The notes under the pieces are model-generated. The model was not told where the DNA came from and did no database searches. It worked only from the letters and a program-made list of their open reading frames with translations. The position numbers and the translations under genes are program-made. From Azolla caroliniana (lineage: Eukaryota; Plantae; Polypodiophyta), in assembly GCA_043228905.1 (NCBI GenBank), contig JBHGNT010000005.1:4402001-4466000 (forward strand): a DNA stretch of 64,000 bases, in the 5' to 3' direction. Within the stretch, counting starts at the first letter, position 1. Each line of letters begins with the position of its first letter. Below, in pieces: positions 1 through 13,670 of this stretch.

Positions 1-2
1 CC

Positions 3-764
3 AAACGAACTAAGCTTAGTGGCAGTGGTATAACTGAATTAACCATACTGTCTGGTGAGAATAGTGGTTTGCTCATAGAAGGGAGGGATGATGCTATTTT
101 GTCTGGTGAGAATGATAGTTTGCTTAAGGAAAGAAGAGAAGAGGCTATATTGTGTGACGACAATGGTGGCATGCTTAAGGAAAGGGGGGACGATGCAATG
201 TCTCTTTCTTTTCCATTCAGAAGCCCGCTCCATGCATTACAAAGCACTCATCACAAGGTTTTGCCACAAGCTCTTCCTCATATTTTGCAAGAAGCTTTTG
301 AGGAGGACTCTATTGATGCTAGAAAGCTTCCAGATGGAGATAGTATGCACATGTACATGGAACAGATGACTGAAACAGAGGGTTTAGAGGGTGTTAGTAG
401 AGATAGTGCTGACATACTCAACCTTGCATTAGATGCATACTTAACTAGACTGATTAGATCATATACAAATGCAATAAGATCTCAAAATACATATACAGAT
501 ACTTCATCAGATAAAAGTGGTAAAGAAGGTGGTCCTAAAGCTCATCATCAAAGTATAAATGGTGTACGGCAGGGGCAATATATGAAGGTTGAACATCGTA
601 AGAAAGATAAAGAAAAGCTGAGAAGTCCAATATCTCTTACAGATTTTAAGGTTGCAGTAGATTTGAACCCTCAACTACTTGGAGGTGATTGGGCTCTACA
701 ATTAGAAAAGATATCGTTTCGAATGTTTGATCAAATAGCCCCTACAAAAGATAATCGTCACTGA
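3..764 (+). CDS. 3' part of transcriptional coactivator Hfi1/ADA1 (SAGA-Tad1 family); the gene starts upstream of the window
   Basis: The frame is open from position 3 to TGA at 762-764. It contains 'ETEGLEGVSRDSADILNLALDAYLTRLI' and the C-terminal 'ISLTDFKVAVDLNPQLLGGDWALQLEKI', both typical of plant ADA1 proteins. Confidence 0.8.
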   Translation, partial: KRTKLSGSGITELTILSGENSGLLIEGRDDAILSGENDSLLKERREEAILCDDNGGMLKERGDDAMSLSFPFRSPLHALQSTHHKVLPQALPHILQEAFEEDSIDARKLPDGDSMHMYMEQMTETEGLEGVSRDSADILNLALDAYLTRLIRSYTNAIRSQNTYTDTSSDKSGKEGGPKAHHQSINGVRQGQYMKVEHRKKDKEKLRSPISLTDFKVAVDLNPQLLGGDWALQLEKISFRMFDQIAPTKDNRH

Positions 765-1682
765 GATAAATGAACCTCGAAGTTGTGTCATAGATTTTGA
801 TAGGAAATCATCTTGACGCCAATATTGTGAAAATGAATGACCTAATGACCTTCTTTGTGTTTACAATGGTGAGGCACCAACAGTATATGTTTTAGAGGAT
901 ATTCGGAAAGATGAAAGTGTGTCTCTTTTGCAGTAGTTCAAGAAGGGAGATTTGTACCCACTTGAACAATTGAGAGAGAGAGATGGTGTAAGATGAAATT
1001 GGACTTAACAGCTTAGCATACAAGAAATTCCCCTTGTAAACATGAATTTATTCACTCCTTTATATTGTTTTTCCCCAACCTCAACATGTTTTGGGTTTTA
1101 TCCAATCCAAACACTGTGTCTGATGGCTTCCTGTTGTACTTGGAATAGAATCATATGTTCTCAGTTCTAGTATTAATATTCCTAGAGCCAATTGATATGT
1201 AACAGAGTCAGTCAAGTTTTGCTTCAACTGTGAGTTAACTCTTCCTTCTTTATCATTTGTCTAACCTTTTTTGTTTTGTTTTGATCTACAACTTTTGTAC
1301 ATATATATATGTTGAATGAAGGAAATATCTTTCAATTTCTGGCTGCTAACTACCTTGACATCACGAGAACTACTGGTTTGTCACAATTTGAGGCTGGTAT
1401 TCTCTTTGGCCGTCATTCTGAGTATTGTAGATGTGTTATATTCTTCCCATCTTTAAGGACTGTGTTCATATTAAAGAATTCTTCTGCTACTGTACTTGCT
1501 TAATCTTCTCCAGGTGATATGCCTGCTTCAAACATAGCTCCATTCTTTGACTTAATGCTACTAAGTATGGCATGCATGTCACATACCTCTGGTCTTCAGG
1601 GACTTTGTCCTCAGAGAAAAGAAAATTCTTTCGGCTACTCTGGTTTGCCTTACCCTCATTGGGTGAGGACTGCTTCAAAGGT

Positions 1683-2000
1683 TGGCTATGAAAACAGGAG
1701 TGAGTGATTGATATCTTCTTCTTTTCCAATCATCAGTGAGTTACTCTGGAAGCATTAAGGAACAACCCGGAGATTTCCTTAAGTGACATCAAAGAGAATC
1801 ATAATGCCCAGTGGTAACAATCTTCAAACCTCCCCGTCATTCAAACCTTGGCTATGAAGAAAGAGTTGGTGATTCATATCTTTCTCTTTTCTGACCATCA
1901 GCGAGTTACACTGGAAGCATTAAGGAACAATCTGGAGATTTCCTCAAGTGACATTGAAGAGAATCATAATGCCAAGCAATAACAAGCTTCAAACCTCCCC
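1683..2000. repeat. Diverged ~166-bp tandem duplication downstream of ADA1
   Basis: Two copies of ggctatgaa...ctggaagcattaaggaacaa...gagaatcataatgcc...cttcaaacctcccc, starting at ~1683 and ~1849. Confidence 0.85.
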
Positions 2001-4522
2001 TCCATAACAGGAATTTCCACATGCACATTGACATGTCCACATCTGCATATGCAGGTGTTTGTGGAAATGAAGAAAAATTCGAGTGTATTTCAGAATTCGT
2101 AAAAAGATAATCTGTAGCTTGATAAGATAATAGCAGCTTTTTTTATCTGTGAGAATGTCAATAACAAAGTTATATTTGAGTTATATATTGAATCTGTATT
2201 GCTTATTAATTGCTCTTCATTGTTATTTATTTTATCTATTGAATGGAGATTTGCTTTTTATTTATTTGTATTTTGTATATTGAATGTGTGTTTCTTTTTT
2301 CCTTGAAGTAGAAATCAAAGGAAAAGAAAGTAACATATATGCATCGAATGCAAATCAAAGCACACAAGTATATATGTACGTGCTGTGCGAATATATGTAC
2401 ATGTACATTTTGAATTCTCGTTCTTACGGTGCATATTTGAAGATGTAACTCATAATTAATGCACAATTAGAGACCATTTTGATCTCTGAGTTAATTAGAA
2501 AAAGTTTCTTAATTATGTACATGACTAACTAAAATATTATCAACTAGCAAGTGGGAAAGCATTGTCATAAACCTAGGAAATATAAATTAGCAATGACTAT
2601 GGTAGATCTAATTTGATACTACTGGTTAGTGCGGAAAAAGGTGCAATGTTTTCCGAATGCCTTAGTTTGAATAGTAGCCAAATGATCCTATCTCTTGATT
2701 GCATCATCAAAAAAAACTTGTGAAAGCTTTCATCTTATTAGAAATGAGACCAATGGAACTTAATTAAACATGGCATCCAAGGCATAATCGTATGATTCTT
2801 TTGATGGAAATATTTGTGACCCATACTTAGAAAATGCTAATCCTAGGGTGTCATTACAATTTTTACCTTTATGCACATTCACATTGAAACATATTATAAT
2901 GCATTGTTCCCGTTTTACCTTTATATGACTAACATGTTTCGATGTCAATGTGCATGATTTGCCACAAGAAGCCATGCGAATGTTAGGACTCAACGTTTTA
3001 TAAGTCCTTTCGTTGAAACTAACATCATTTTTTAGCTCGCCTAGTTTAAGTAGTGCCATTCTTATATGCGCTTCCTAGATAACACATGTGATGTATGAGA
3101 AAATATTAACTTAGATTTAAAATTGACTCAAAATTGCACACTCAAAGTTGGTTGTTAAGGGACACACATTTCACAGTTCGAACAATGATTTACATTTGAG
3201 AGAAAAGGCATATCATCACAAACATGTCAACATCCCATGTGTGCTTTGAATTGTGCAAACAAAGCTGCGTTCATTAATCTTACACATATTTGTGAAAATG
3301 TACATTGTGAGAGTGGTTGGGTTACAAGGGAGAATAAAGGAAATTTGGAGACACAATGACTATAGTAACAGTTTGGGGGAAATATATCACGTCTTCTTGA
3401 CCATGTGCCTTGCAATTTCACTAGACCATCGATGCACATTAAAATGTTTTTTGTAGGAAAATGAGACCCTTAAAACTAGTTTTTTCTTCATCTCTAGACT
3501 ATTATCCTTCTTTAATGGAAAAGATTCTGTTTGTCCTAGAAGGCATGGTCTTCATTGTTCAATCTTCTTCGCTACTTCTCATAACTTATTTTAGTAGCTT
3601 TTATACTAATAATTTGTACCAAGGGGAGGAAATCCACTGTTACGTCCTTACAAACTTCAAACATTTAGATGCATGTCAAGTTCATGACTCACATATTCGA
3701 GAGAGGACTTGGATGGACTTGATGTTTTACTAAATGAATGCCATCACCTATCGTGCATTGTTAGTGTTTTTCTCTTAGTAGGAATTGACATTGCTAGTGA
3801 TAAATCTGAAGCTATCATGGTGAAACATCACAAAACAATGGTAATGTACAAAATATTCCATGACAATGTTGTGGTCTAAAGGAACTCCAAAAATGTTTGC
3901 AAACAATATAATGTAAGGCAGGTTGAAGACTATGTCATTACATAATATCCATATAATCCATAATCGCTTAAGTCTAACCAACATATGGAACATAAATAAA
4001 AGAATTAAATAAGATGTGAGTAATCTTGAACAAAGTCTCAAATTACTAAGCACATTCACCACTAGACACCATGACGATGCTTCCCACTAGACTTGCATGC
4101 ATTACACCTCACGAATATTCATACAAAGACATGTTCAAATTCATCATGACATCTATTAGCTTCACCAATGGTGTGGGTGAAACACCAAGTAGGCAACACA
4201 ACGAGAATGCCCTCTCCTTGCAAAGGTTCAAATTGATCATAAGACTGTCTTATGTGGACAAGAAAACATGAGCAATGGTTTCAAGAAAGTGCAGATCTAT
4301 GCTAGATGGCAACTTTGTTATCTTGCTAGAACGAAACATCGTTCGAGAAAAAAAAATGCAACAAGAATTAATAAATGGATATGAGCTTGTGATATACAGG
4401 TCTACTAGTGTTGCTACATATGGCCGGCCATAAGGGGATTTCCATGGGTATGAGATGCCCCACCGGTAAACATGGCATGTATATATCATACTATGAATTG
4501 ACTTGTCAGCATTACCATGAAT

Positions 4523-4890
4523 GTGGATGATGCCTAATAAGAGTGATCTTGGCACAAACATGCAAGACCATCCAATGTATGGTGAGACCCATGAAAACTA
4601 CTTGATGCCCATGTGTACTTGTACCAAAATCACTTTTATGAGGCCTCATACACATTCAAGGCCAAATCAATCCAAGGGATCACCATCCAATATATGAGTA
4701 AGCACACATGGATGAGGCCTAATAAGAGTGATCTTGGCACAAACATGCAAGACCGTCCAATGTATGGTGAAACCCATGAAAACTACTTGATGCCCATGTA
4801 TGCTTGTACCAAATGCACTCTTATGAGGCCTCATACACATTCAAGGCCAAACCAATCCAAGGGATGACCATCCAATATATTAGTAAGCAA
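4523..4890. repeat. ~185-bp tandem duplication
   Basis: tggatga(t/g)gcctaataagagtgatcttggcacaaacatgcaagacc...ccatccaatatat occurs at ~4523 and ~4709. Confidence 0.9.
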
Positions 4891-5667
4891 TACTATGAAT
4901 GACACCTACCTAATATATGCCATGTGCTAGGGAGATTGCACGGCAAGACACATCAAACGGATGTTATAATGTCATGAACGTCAATACATGCACAATAAAC
5001 AATTATATGACCATGACCATGTCAATGAATGGGGATTCCCTACCTATATGACCATCCCATGTCAATACTATGCTTACAAGCTCAACACTATAGGCCCTCT
5101 TGACCTTCATATATGAACTCACATTCACATATATGTTGTTTACATGTGCTTTGAATAATCTAAATCATGTTTGGTAATGCAAATGATAGCATTGAGCATA
5201 GGAAGAAACAAGTGAGCTATAAAGATTCATACCATGAGTTGGATTCAATTTTTTAGGAGCACATTTCAGAAAGCTTTATATACTGAGTTGAAATGCTCAA
5301 AATCTTATATCTAACAAAAACATTAAAAAAAAAAATGAAGATTTTTCGGCATTATGTAAGGCAAGGCAAAGGGTCATCGGGCTTCTTCTCAGATACACAA
5401 ATCCCGAAAAACCTGCTCACCTATGAGTGTGCCGCCAAGTCAAACAAACCGTGTGTGTGAAACTGAGAAGTCCTGCGGACTCAAACGAGTGTAGTTTGAG
5501 TGTAACCCCGAGTTAAAGACACCGGAGTGTAACGCCTAGTAACATACTACATAGGAGTGTGACACCTAGAGGCGTACAGCGCTCGTGTGAAACTTAGTGA
5601 CACACATCACATGTGTGAAACCAAATCCAACCCAGTAACACACATCATAAAGTGTGAAGCCAAAACT

Positions 5668-7734
5668 CTAAGCTGAGATAGATGACTTCCTCCTGACTAG
5701 TGATCCCGTGCTCCCTTCGAAAAGCTCGCTCAACTGGCTTTCCACATCCTCTGGTGAATACTTAACATATTTCTCGGGATTCCTCGGATCAAGGTGGTTC
5801 AGGAACCTCCCCAGAAATGAGCGATATGCCGGGAGTATCATCTCGGTGATGGAGATTTGTAGCTCGGCGCAAAGTTGAGGGTCAGGGACTATCCAACTCG
5901 ATTGAGTTTTCACCGTCTCTTCGAAAGCCACATTAAAGCTTCGGAACCGCTCGCGTAGCATATGTCTTGCTGACCCTCCGGTAGAACCTGACCCGCTAAA
6001 ACTCATGCCCTCATCACGGAGACAAGACAACACCCTTGTCCATGCCGTCCTTCTATATTCGTTATGATGTTGGTGGAGTTTCCCGCTCTTGCGCCGGATC
6101 CATTCATCACCAACAAGTTTGCGCACAGCATCATCTTTCGACTTTTGCACCATATAATGCAAGTTGTTCATCAAGAAGAGAGATGTGAGGGCTGGATCTC
6201 GGTACAACTTCGATTTTGCATCAAGATTCCTCTCTAGCAACTCCATTATTGTGAGTGTCGCGACAACGAGAGGGGTTTTGCCAGTAGTGTCGAGGTGCCT
6301 GTGAGAGGAGCTACCTTCCCCAACTGGCGCAAGAGGTGGAACATTCCGGTCCTTGAGCACCTCGTTTAGTGTGTCCGCATACTCGTAGAAAAATTTCACA
6401 TAATTCATGATATATCGTGTGAGAGGATGCAAGGCACCACCTGGGGTTGGAGTGCGTGATACATCCCGTTGGATGCCATTCTCGAGCTCGGAAAAAGTCC
6501 CTCGTATGGCATCTGCAAGACGGCTCAGAATGGCTGTGCCCTCGGCTTTCAGAGATTCATTCTCCATCCCCGAGAACAATTCCTCTATAGCCGGGAGGAG
6601 ATCCCTTAATGTCTCATACATATCGAGAATTTTGAATATCTTCTCCGGAGCACGCCTCCCGATTGCCACCGCCTCGCCGAAGTTGAGTAAATGGGTCATC
6701 GAAGCTCGGGCAATGTCGGCAAACACCGCATCCGACCCGTCTTCTTCGAAGACCTTCTTGCAAAGCTGCTTCTCGCTATAGAAAAGAACCTTGACAGCGA
6801 CCTTCATGATGTGGACCCATTTCGTGATCTCGGACTCGAGAACCTCCCACGACATCCTTTGCACCTCTTCGATCGTCGGCCTCTCGAGGCCGAGCCTCTG
6901 CAGGTTCTCTTCCACCATAGCTCTTCTTTGGCAGACGAAGACTTGCGTGCACTCGGTTCGGTAGCCGCATGCCACCATCCGCGACGCGATTTCACGCACA
7001 TCTGATAAGGTGTCGGGCTGCAGAAGCTCAACAGACACCGACACCAACGATCCGACATCATTCGGGCTATCTGGTTTCTTAGAGGCATAGACGATGTCCG
7101 AGAGATCTTCTGGGTTGCCGGGCACGGAGCACTCCTCGAGGAGATTCCGGAGCTCTTCCTCAAGGCGGAGCATTGCGATCTGTAAGAGGCTCTTGGCGTG
7201 GTCGATGAGGGCGGGATTGTCGCGATCCGAGGGTCCAGAATGGTCGGCTCCGAGGATGGGATCACGATCCGAGGTGGATCGAGATCGGTTTGACCCCAGG
7301 ACAACCTCATGGACAGGGTCACGGTCTCTAGGCCGCCGCACTTGGTTCGATTCGACCACGAATTTATAAAGGGTGTCGATCGCCGAGAGGTAAGATTGGG
7401 CACAGTTCAGATTCTCGGTCCATATGAACACATGCCTAGATGGATCAGGATCCAAGGAAGAACCGAAATCCCATTTCAGGATGAGGTCTTGAGCTGAAAT
7501 TAGGGCAGGGTCTGTAAACAATCCGTCCCCTTCTCCTTCTCCTTCTCCTTCTTCTCCTTCTTCATAATTGTCTCCTTGGGATGTTGGCCGTGGTTGAGAG
7601 AGGCTAAGTGTCGAGAATCGATCATCGAATGTCGAAAGGATCCGAAGCATATCATTCTCATTGTCTGAACCCAAAGTTCTTAAGATGTGATGGGCTGTGG
7701 CCATTACTCTATCATCTCCATTAGAGCCTTCCAT
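5668..7734 (-). CDS. EXO70: Exocyst subunit Exo70, intronless Exo70.2 type (Exo70F-like), 688 aa
   Basis: Complete ORF. N-terminal 'DRVMATAHHILRTL...DMLRILSTFDDRFS'; Exo70 motifs 'PEKIFKILDMYETL', 'GGALHPLTRYIMNY', 'LFLMNNLHYMVQK', 'LPAYRSFLGRF' and 'KYSPEDVE'. Confidence 0.95.
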   Translation of the reverse strand: MEGSNGDDRVMATAHHILRTLGSDNENDMLRILSTFDDRFSTLSLSQPRPTSQGDNYEEGEEGEGEGEGDGLFTDPALISAQDLILKWDFGSSLDPDPSRHVFIWTENLNCAQSYLSAIDTLYKFVVESNQVRRPRDRDPVHEVVLGSNRSRSTSDRDPILGADHSGPSDRDNPALIDHAKSLLQIAMLRLEEELRNLLEECSVPGNPEDLSDIVYASKKPDSPNDVGSLVSVSVELLQPDTLSDVREIASRMVACGYRTECTQVFVCQRRAMVEENLQRLGLERPTIEEVQRMSWEVLESEITKWVHIMKVAVKVLFYSEKQLCKKVFEEDGSDAVFADIARASMTHLLNFGEAVAIGRRAPEKIFKILDMYETLRDLLPAIEELFSGMENESLKAEGTAILSRLADAIRGTFSELENGIQRDVSRTPTPGGALHPLTRYIMNYVKFFYEYADTLNEVLKDRNVPPLAPVGEGSSSHRHLDTTGKTPLVVATLTIMELLERNLDAKSKLYRDPALTSLFLMNNLHYMVQKSKDDAVRKLVGDEWIRRKSGKLHQHHNEYRRTAWTRVLSCLRDEGMSFSGSGSTGGSARHMLRERFRSFNVAFEETVKTQSSWIVPDPQLCAELQISITEMILPAYRSFLGRFLNHLDPRNPEKYVKYSPEDVESQLSELFEGSTGSLVRRKSSISA

Positions 7735-8591
7735 AGCTGTGGTTACCTCTCTCTCTCTCTCTCTCTGTGTATATTATTCTCCTGTCCGTCCAGTCTCTTA
7801 TTCTTTCACGGTGTGAAATAGGCTAATACTTTGATGAATCTCTGGCTGTGATGAATGCGCAGAAATTCAGAAGACAGATCTGATCTGATCTTTTGATATA
7901 GGTAGATCAAATAAACCCTAAAAATGAGATCAATGAAAACCAAAACGAAAAATAAAAGAAACACGACAAGAAAAATAGAGAAACAGAAAGAAAATAAGTA
8001 CAAGAGTAAATGAATGGTCGATGGAACCCGAAAATACAGATTAACGAAACCCTAGGGATAGACAAGAAAACCCTAAAATGAATATGAGAGAAGCCGTTGA
8101 AAAAATACCACCGAAACCCTAAATTATGGATAGAAACCTTAAAAAAGGACAGTTCAAAGAAGCTCTAAAGAACAGATAGGCAAAGGCATAAAAATTAGAC
8201 AAAAAAAATACAGAGAGAACCGGCTATAGAGATATCTGAAGTCCTCGAAGTCTTTCATAGCTCTGAGATTCCTGAATCTGATAGTCAAGCTCCATCTCCC
8301 CTTGATCAAACCGAAGGTTTTTGTTTTTTCCCTTTTTCCTTTCTTCTTTCTTCTCTATTATGATGAAGAAAGAAGAAACTTGGCTCAAAAGAAAAAAAAA
8401 AAAAGAAAAAAAAAAAAAGAGAGGGTTTCTTTACTTCTGATGGAGAAATTGGCTATGGTGGGGATGATTCCCTCCGTTTGTGAAGAAACTCGCTTGATGG
8501 GCGATTTGGGAGATATGGGGGGGGGGGGGGGGGGGAAGCTATGGATATGGTGGATATATCTCTTCCTTCTCTTCTGTAGACTTCAAAATAA

Positions 8592-8599
8592 AAGAAGAA

Positions 8600-8630
<31 letters not shown>

Positions 8631-8700
8631 GAGACATAGTGGCAACAAGTCCACAATTGAAAAAGTCTACAAGACTCTCTCTCTTTCTCACACACACACA

Positions 8701-8753
<53 letters not shown>

Positions 8754-8766
8754 ACACACACACACA

Positions 8767-8801
<35 letters not shown>

Positions 8802-9012
8802 ACACACACTCTCTCTCAGTCTCTCTCTTACAAACACACACACACACACACACACTCTCTCTCTCTCTCTCACACACACACTCTCTCTCAGTCTCTCTCT
8901 TACACACACACACACTCTCTTTCTCTCTCTCTGTCATTGATTAGGCAAGTCACTATTGATGCACCATCCATGGGACCATGACATACATACATACATACAT
9001 ACATACATACAT
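8592..9012. repeat. Compound microsatellite block: (AAG)n, (CT)n/(CA)n and (CATA)n upstream of Exo70
   Basis: Directly visible simple repeats; they explain the spurious SL/TH/ER ORFs in the track. Confidence 0.95.
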
Positions 9013-12000
9013 AGTCAAGAGTCACACTCTGGCGCCCACGCATTCGCAATGTGGTGCCGAATCCCCCCTTCTCTTTTCGATCCTCTCGCATTGTCAAAGC
9101 CGCAACATCTGTCAATAAAATGATCACTAGTAGATACTTGACGTGGTGCCATACCATAGTAAGTTCCATCACTGGCCACGAGTCAATACACCCCCCCCCC
9201 CCCCCAATGGCCGGCATCAGAAGCACCCGACCACTTGTGTGAACACAATCCCAGTTGTGCCCCCCCCCCCCCCCCCCCTTGTATACACCTTACTCGTGGA
9301 TTCTTCAGACACATTCCGTTTCACACTCACCACCTGAACAACTCCATCCTGGATGTGGGCTCTTTGAGAGATGCAGTGGAGCTTTCTAGGAATTAAAGTC
9401 CACAGCCTCCTAGTAATTCCCCTTGGAAAGCACCAATTCAACCATAGTGTGTGAAAGGGGTGGGTAAAACGTTTTTTCATAAACGCGCAAAACCAACAAT
9501 TTCTTTTAAAACTCTATCATTGACCTAGAAATATATATACATGTAAGCATGATAAGGTATATAGGTACACAATAATGCCTAGTGGGTTGAAGTAAATCAC
9601 CTTGCATAGGCATTGTCACAAGAAACTCTTCCTAGAAAGCATGGACAATTGATGGTTAAAATGGGTGGGGTGTGCAAAGAATGGCCATGTATTTGCAACA
9701 ATGGGTTCAAGCAAAGGAGTGGCGGTAGATGTTTGGAATTGAAGGAAAAGAATCAAGGACGAACCTTTGTTTATATTCGTTTTGATTGGCATTGCCTCGA
9801 GGGCAAAACAAGTTACGTGCATGCCATATATAGAGTTCGTTATTAAAACGTTCTCCACGAGGTCTTCTTTTACATGCTATAGAGGACGTTTGTGTTTATA
9901 AAGTTCTCTACCTTTCTACGTAATTGCCATTTGCTCTTTACATGTACGCTATAGAGAAAGTTTATGTTTATATGGTTCTTTGCCTACAGTTGCCCATTGC
10001 TAACTTTACCGTTTCTTCACAAGTCCTCTTCGAGACAACCTCTTTATAGTTGTCTCCAATTTACGAAAACCCATAAAGAGATATTTCAGCTTTAATTTGA
10101 ACACTTTGGAAGCTATGCACATTTGTATGTTTTGTTTTATATGGTTTTTTTTGTTAACCTCAGGTTGAGTTTTCCAAAGAGTAATATATGCATTGTCGAA
10201 AGGTTAAAAACAATCTGTATACTTATAAAACTTCTTACATGTATGATGTAATTTGGTAAGTTTTATTTAAATCTAATATGGGGGAAAAACCACTCACTTA
10301 TTCATAGTTCGAACAAGTATATTGACAATGACTCGAGTGAGTGGTGGAAACCGCAACTTTTTCTTGCCAAATATAAATTACCTCTAAAGCCTAATAATAT
10401 ACGCTTGCAAATAGCAATGAAAACTATTGCAGCATTTCATGTACAAGAATTGACTTAAAATGTTTTATAGTATACATATATAAGAAGTCGAACAAAGGAC
10501 ATGCATTGGTATGTTTCTAAAATATACGCACGAACTCATACATACATGGACACACATGCCCATATATGTATGTGTGGGCATATTATCAATTGTGAATATT
10601 TCTTCACGATAGTATGCTTTTGTCAACAATGGGATTGGATTTAGATAAAGGAAAACAAGTGTAAACATGCATTTCACAATAAATATTCTGGTTTTCCTTA
10701 TTAATCATACATGCACGTATTAGACAATCTACAACAACAAACGACAAATTGTGTTTATGTGGGAATTCCATAACGCACAAGTAGGAGTAGGGCTTTATAG
10801 TGATCTATAGACGAAACGTTCTAAAGGTCTCTAATAGTATTTTTGACATACACGATTTCTAGGGTTTAATGTAACAATTGTCTTGTTTTCTTAGGTGAAA
10901 AGAAAAGTTTGAAGTGTGCATAGGTTGTCACAACCTGAAATGCGTAAGGAATCAAGGAGAACGAATATAAACAGACTATGCTCTATATCAAAATTACCCT
11001 TCTCACTTTTTGTGAATACAAATTCTACCCCTCACGAGAATGCAATGTAGTTTACTACTCATCTCATCATGAGTAATCAAATTCTAGAAGTGATGAAGTT
11101 CAACCCTTGCCATGGGATAGGCCCCGTCTCATAGATCGCAATTCGTCTTCCGTGGACATTAAGAAGTTATCAATCTCTCTCTTTATATTTCATTATCTTC
11201 TTATGGTTTTGCATCGTAGCATTAAAAATCATGATCTTCATCATGGTGTTAGCCATGTTCGGAGATTGTAGTGGACATTTAAATATTGATTCTTGAAAAT
11301 TCTCTCTCTCTCTCTCTCTCTAAACTTGTGATTTTTTAAGTTATGGAATAAATGTTGAAAACCAACATTTACAAATACTCCAAGTTTGATCCTTGCCATG
11401 TCCCATAAATTGTTTAACACGACCCATGGAACCATAAAAAAGGGTTACAATATAGTCCCCTTTATTGGTGATTAGGGGTTAGCCACACATATCTCATGTG
11501 TTTTCTTATGATCATACTATGCATTAGTAGGTAATACATGTGCTTAAGAGGCTTGTTTTCAAGTGTCCAACTTTATTCCTATAATTGGTGGGTTGGGCCC
11601 TGGGGCTTGACGCATTGTTAGATGAACATGAATGTGTCACATCATAGTGTGAGATGCTCATTATCTCTACTATCATGATTAAGGTGAAATGTGTAGAGAG
11701 GGTTTCCTCTAGTGAGTCCTTCAAGATTTATTCTCAAATTTAAAACCATGATTACTAGTGTGAAGGAGGGTGATTGCTTTTTCTCATATTAAATAACATG
11801 GGGATTGAGAAGATGTGAATGCATCTTGTCGTTTCCTTGTAGGTGTCCCAAAATTTGGGTTTTATTGTGTATAGGAATATTGGAATTGACTATTATTGCC
11901 ATGTTCTCATTTCGTAGAAGTTGCAACAATCAGTCACAATTCAAAGTTTTATCTCGAGCATGTAATTAGTCGCTACCTCAAATACCGTAACCAAATTCAA

Positions 12001-12619
12001 TAACTTAAGCCATTTGTATGGTGCCCAAATATACGAGAATATTTTTTGCTTTCATTATCTTTGGCATCCCATGCTTGGATTTGTAGACGATCTTGTCTTT
12101 GTGTCCTATGATTAGCCCACATACTTGTGGGTTCTCATCAAACACCCTCTACAAGATGGGTACTAAATCCTGATGTCATTCTAGCTAAAGGTGGGAATAT
12201 TCTTTCCTATACCTCCACACAAACAAGACTTGGATTACCAATACATTAAAACTCATGATCATGGTGAGTGTACATGTGTGCCCACATGTGAGAGAGAACG
12301 AATGATTGATATATTTTTAGCTTCTATGGAGACCAATTACAAATTAGGGAGAGAGGACATTTTTCTATTTTTGAGGTATTGGGGATTGCACCATTATTGG
12401 GATATGCACAATGTTTTCGAATTTGATGGTAGTCATAGAGTTAAGGCAAATTGAAGTTCAAGTGAGTATTGATTTAGTGTTCATAGGGTGTTCTTGCCTA
12501 TCAGTGAGTGCTGTAGTGTTTCTCAGTACTCATTTTGAGATGGAACTAAATTAGTTGTAGTATTGTAGTGTTTTTCACATACAATCAATATAACAGTGTG
12601 TCTTCACATAGAGAGAGAG

Positions 12620-13670
12620 AGAGAGGGCGATATAATACGATCCTTGATAGGTCAATGAGACCAACATTCATTACAAAGCACACACCCTAGCAATGTAGGT
12701 GGAGTATGGTACACTAAAATGTAGAAGAAAAAACAAAAGTACAATTAAAGTTGAAATAGAATAACTAAAGTTATTTCTTTACTTGACTCTTTGGATCTTC
12801 CATGAGTTTGGATGGTTGAATAGCAAAGAATATGCCTAGTGTCATTAGAAATGGTTGTGTCCTTCGTAGGAGCTATTGGAACCTAGTACATCCAAGAATT
12901 CTTCCTTCATTAAACCAAGTTAATAAACCTTTGAAACTCAGCCATATGTTTGCAAATGATTCTAGCAAGGAATTATATACTAGCAAATGAAGTTGACAAT
13001 ATTTTAACATATCTAAAGAATTTAGTCACACAATCATGAAACAATATACATCTTTATCCGTCTCTTTGGGAAACATGAGTAATGGGACCACCATCAATAG
13101 TGCTTCCATGAAAGATTGGACATTTAAGCTACATCTAAATTTTCCAAGATATAAGTGGATTCCCTTGAATGCTCACTCAACAATTGGGGATTCACATGGA
13201 CCTATGTCATAAATGGAAGAAGATGCATGGACTAGAGAAGAGTTGCATCTATTATTTTTGAATTAAGAGTATAAGCTTATAAAATTCCCTTCTAATGATT
13301 GGTTCAATATAGACTGTTAAGAAGCTCACCAAAAAACTAAGGGAACAAGCCAAGCAAACCATTGAAGTGTAAAAGCCAAAAGAATACATATCACTAGTGA
13401 AGGGACTGGGAGAATGAATGCCAAATATTAACACCCCCTTCAAGACAAGAATGTAGTCATGACTCACACCTTCTTTATGAGCAAGTCCAATATGTTCTCT
13501 TATGAGTTCGGAGGAATGTTAGGATGAAGGGAGTTTGGCAAAGTCAGTAACATTTAGTTATGTTGCTTCTCTATGCAAAATAAGTGGCGACCTTCTCACT
13601 AATTCAGCAATGCTTGCTTCACATCCTAAAGATTTGGCCAGTCTTGTCCACTCTAGTTGATCTATGCATA
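12620..13670 (-). mobile_element. Highly degenerate non-LTR (LINE-like) remnant
   Basis: The minus strand gives only fragmentary Trp/Cys-containing peptides resembling the zf-RVT region (e.g. 'LFHDC' near 13040); many stops. Confidence 0.3.

Noticed and set aside
2500-5150. Possible decayed transposon or gene between ADA1 and Exo70
   Set aside because: No diagnostic motif could be read in any frame; it needs a translated search.
6407-7497. Overlapping alternative-frame and antisense ORFs in Exo70
   Set aside because: Expected in GC-rich coding DNA; no recognisable motifs.
8302-8944. ORFs of 75-212 aa on both strands
   Set aside because: They are translations of CT/CA/AAG microsatellites and homopolymers upstream of Exo70.
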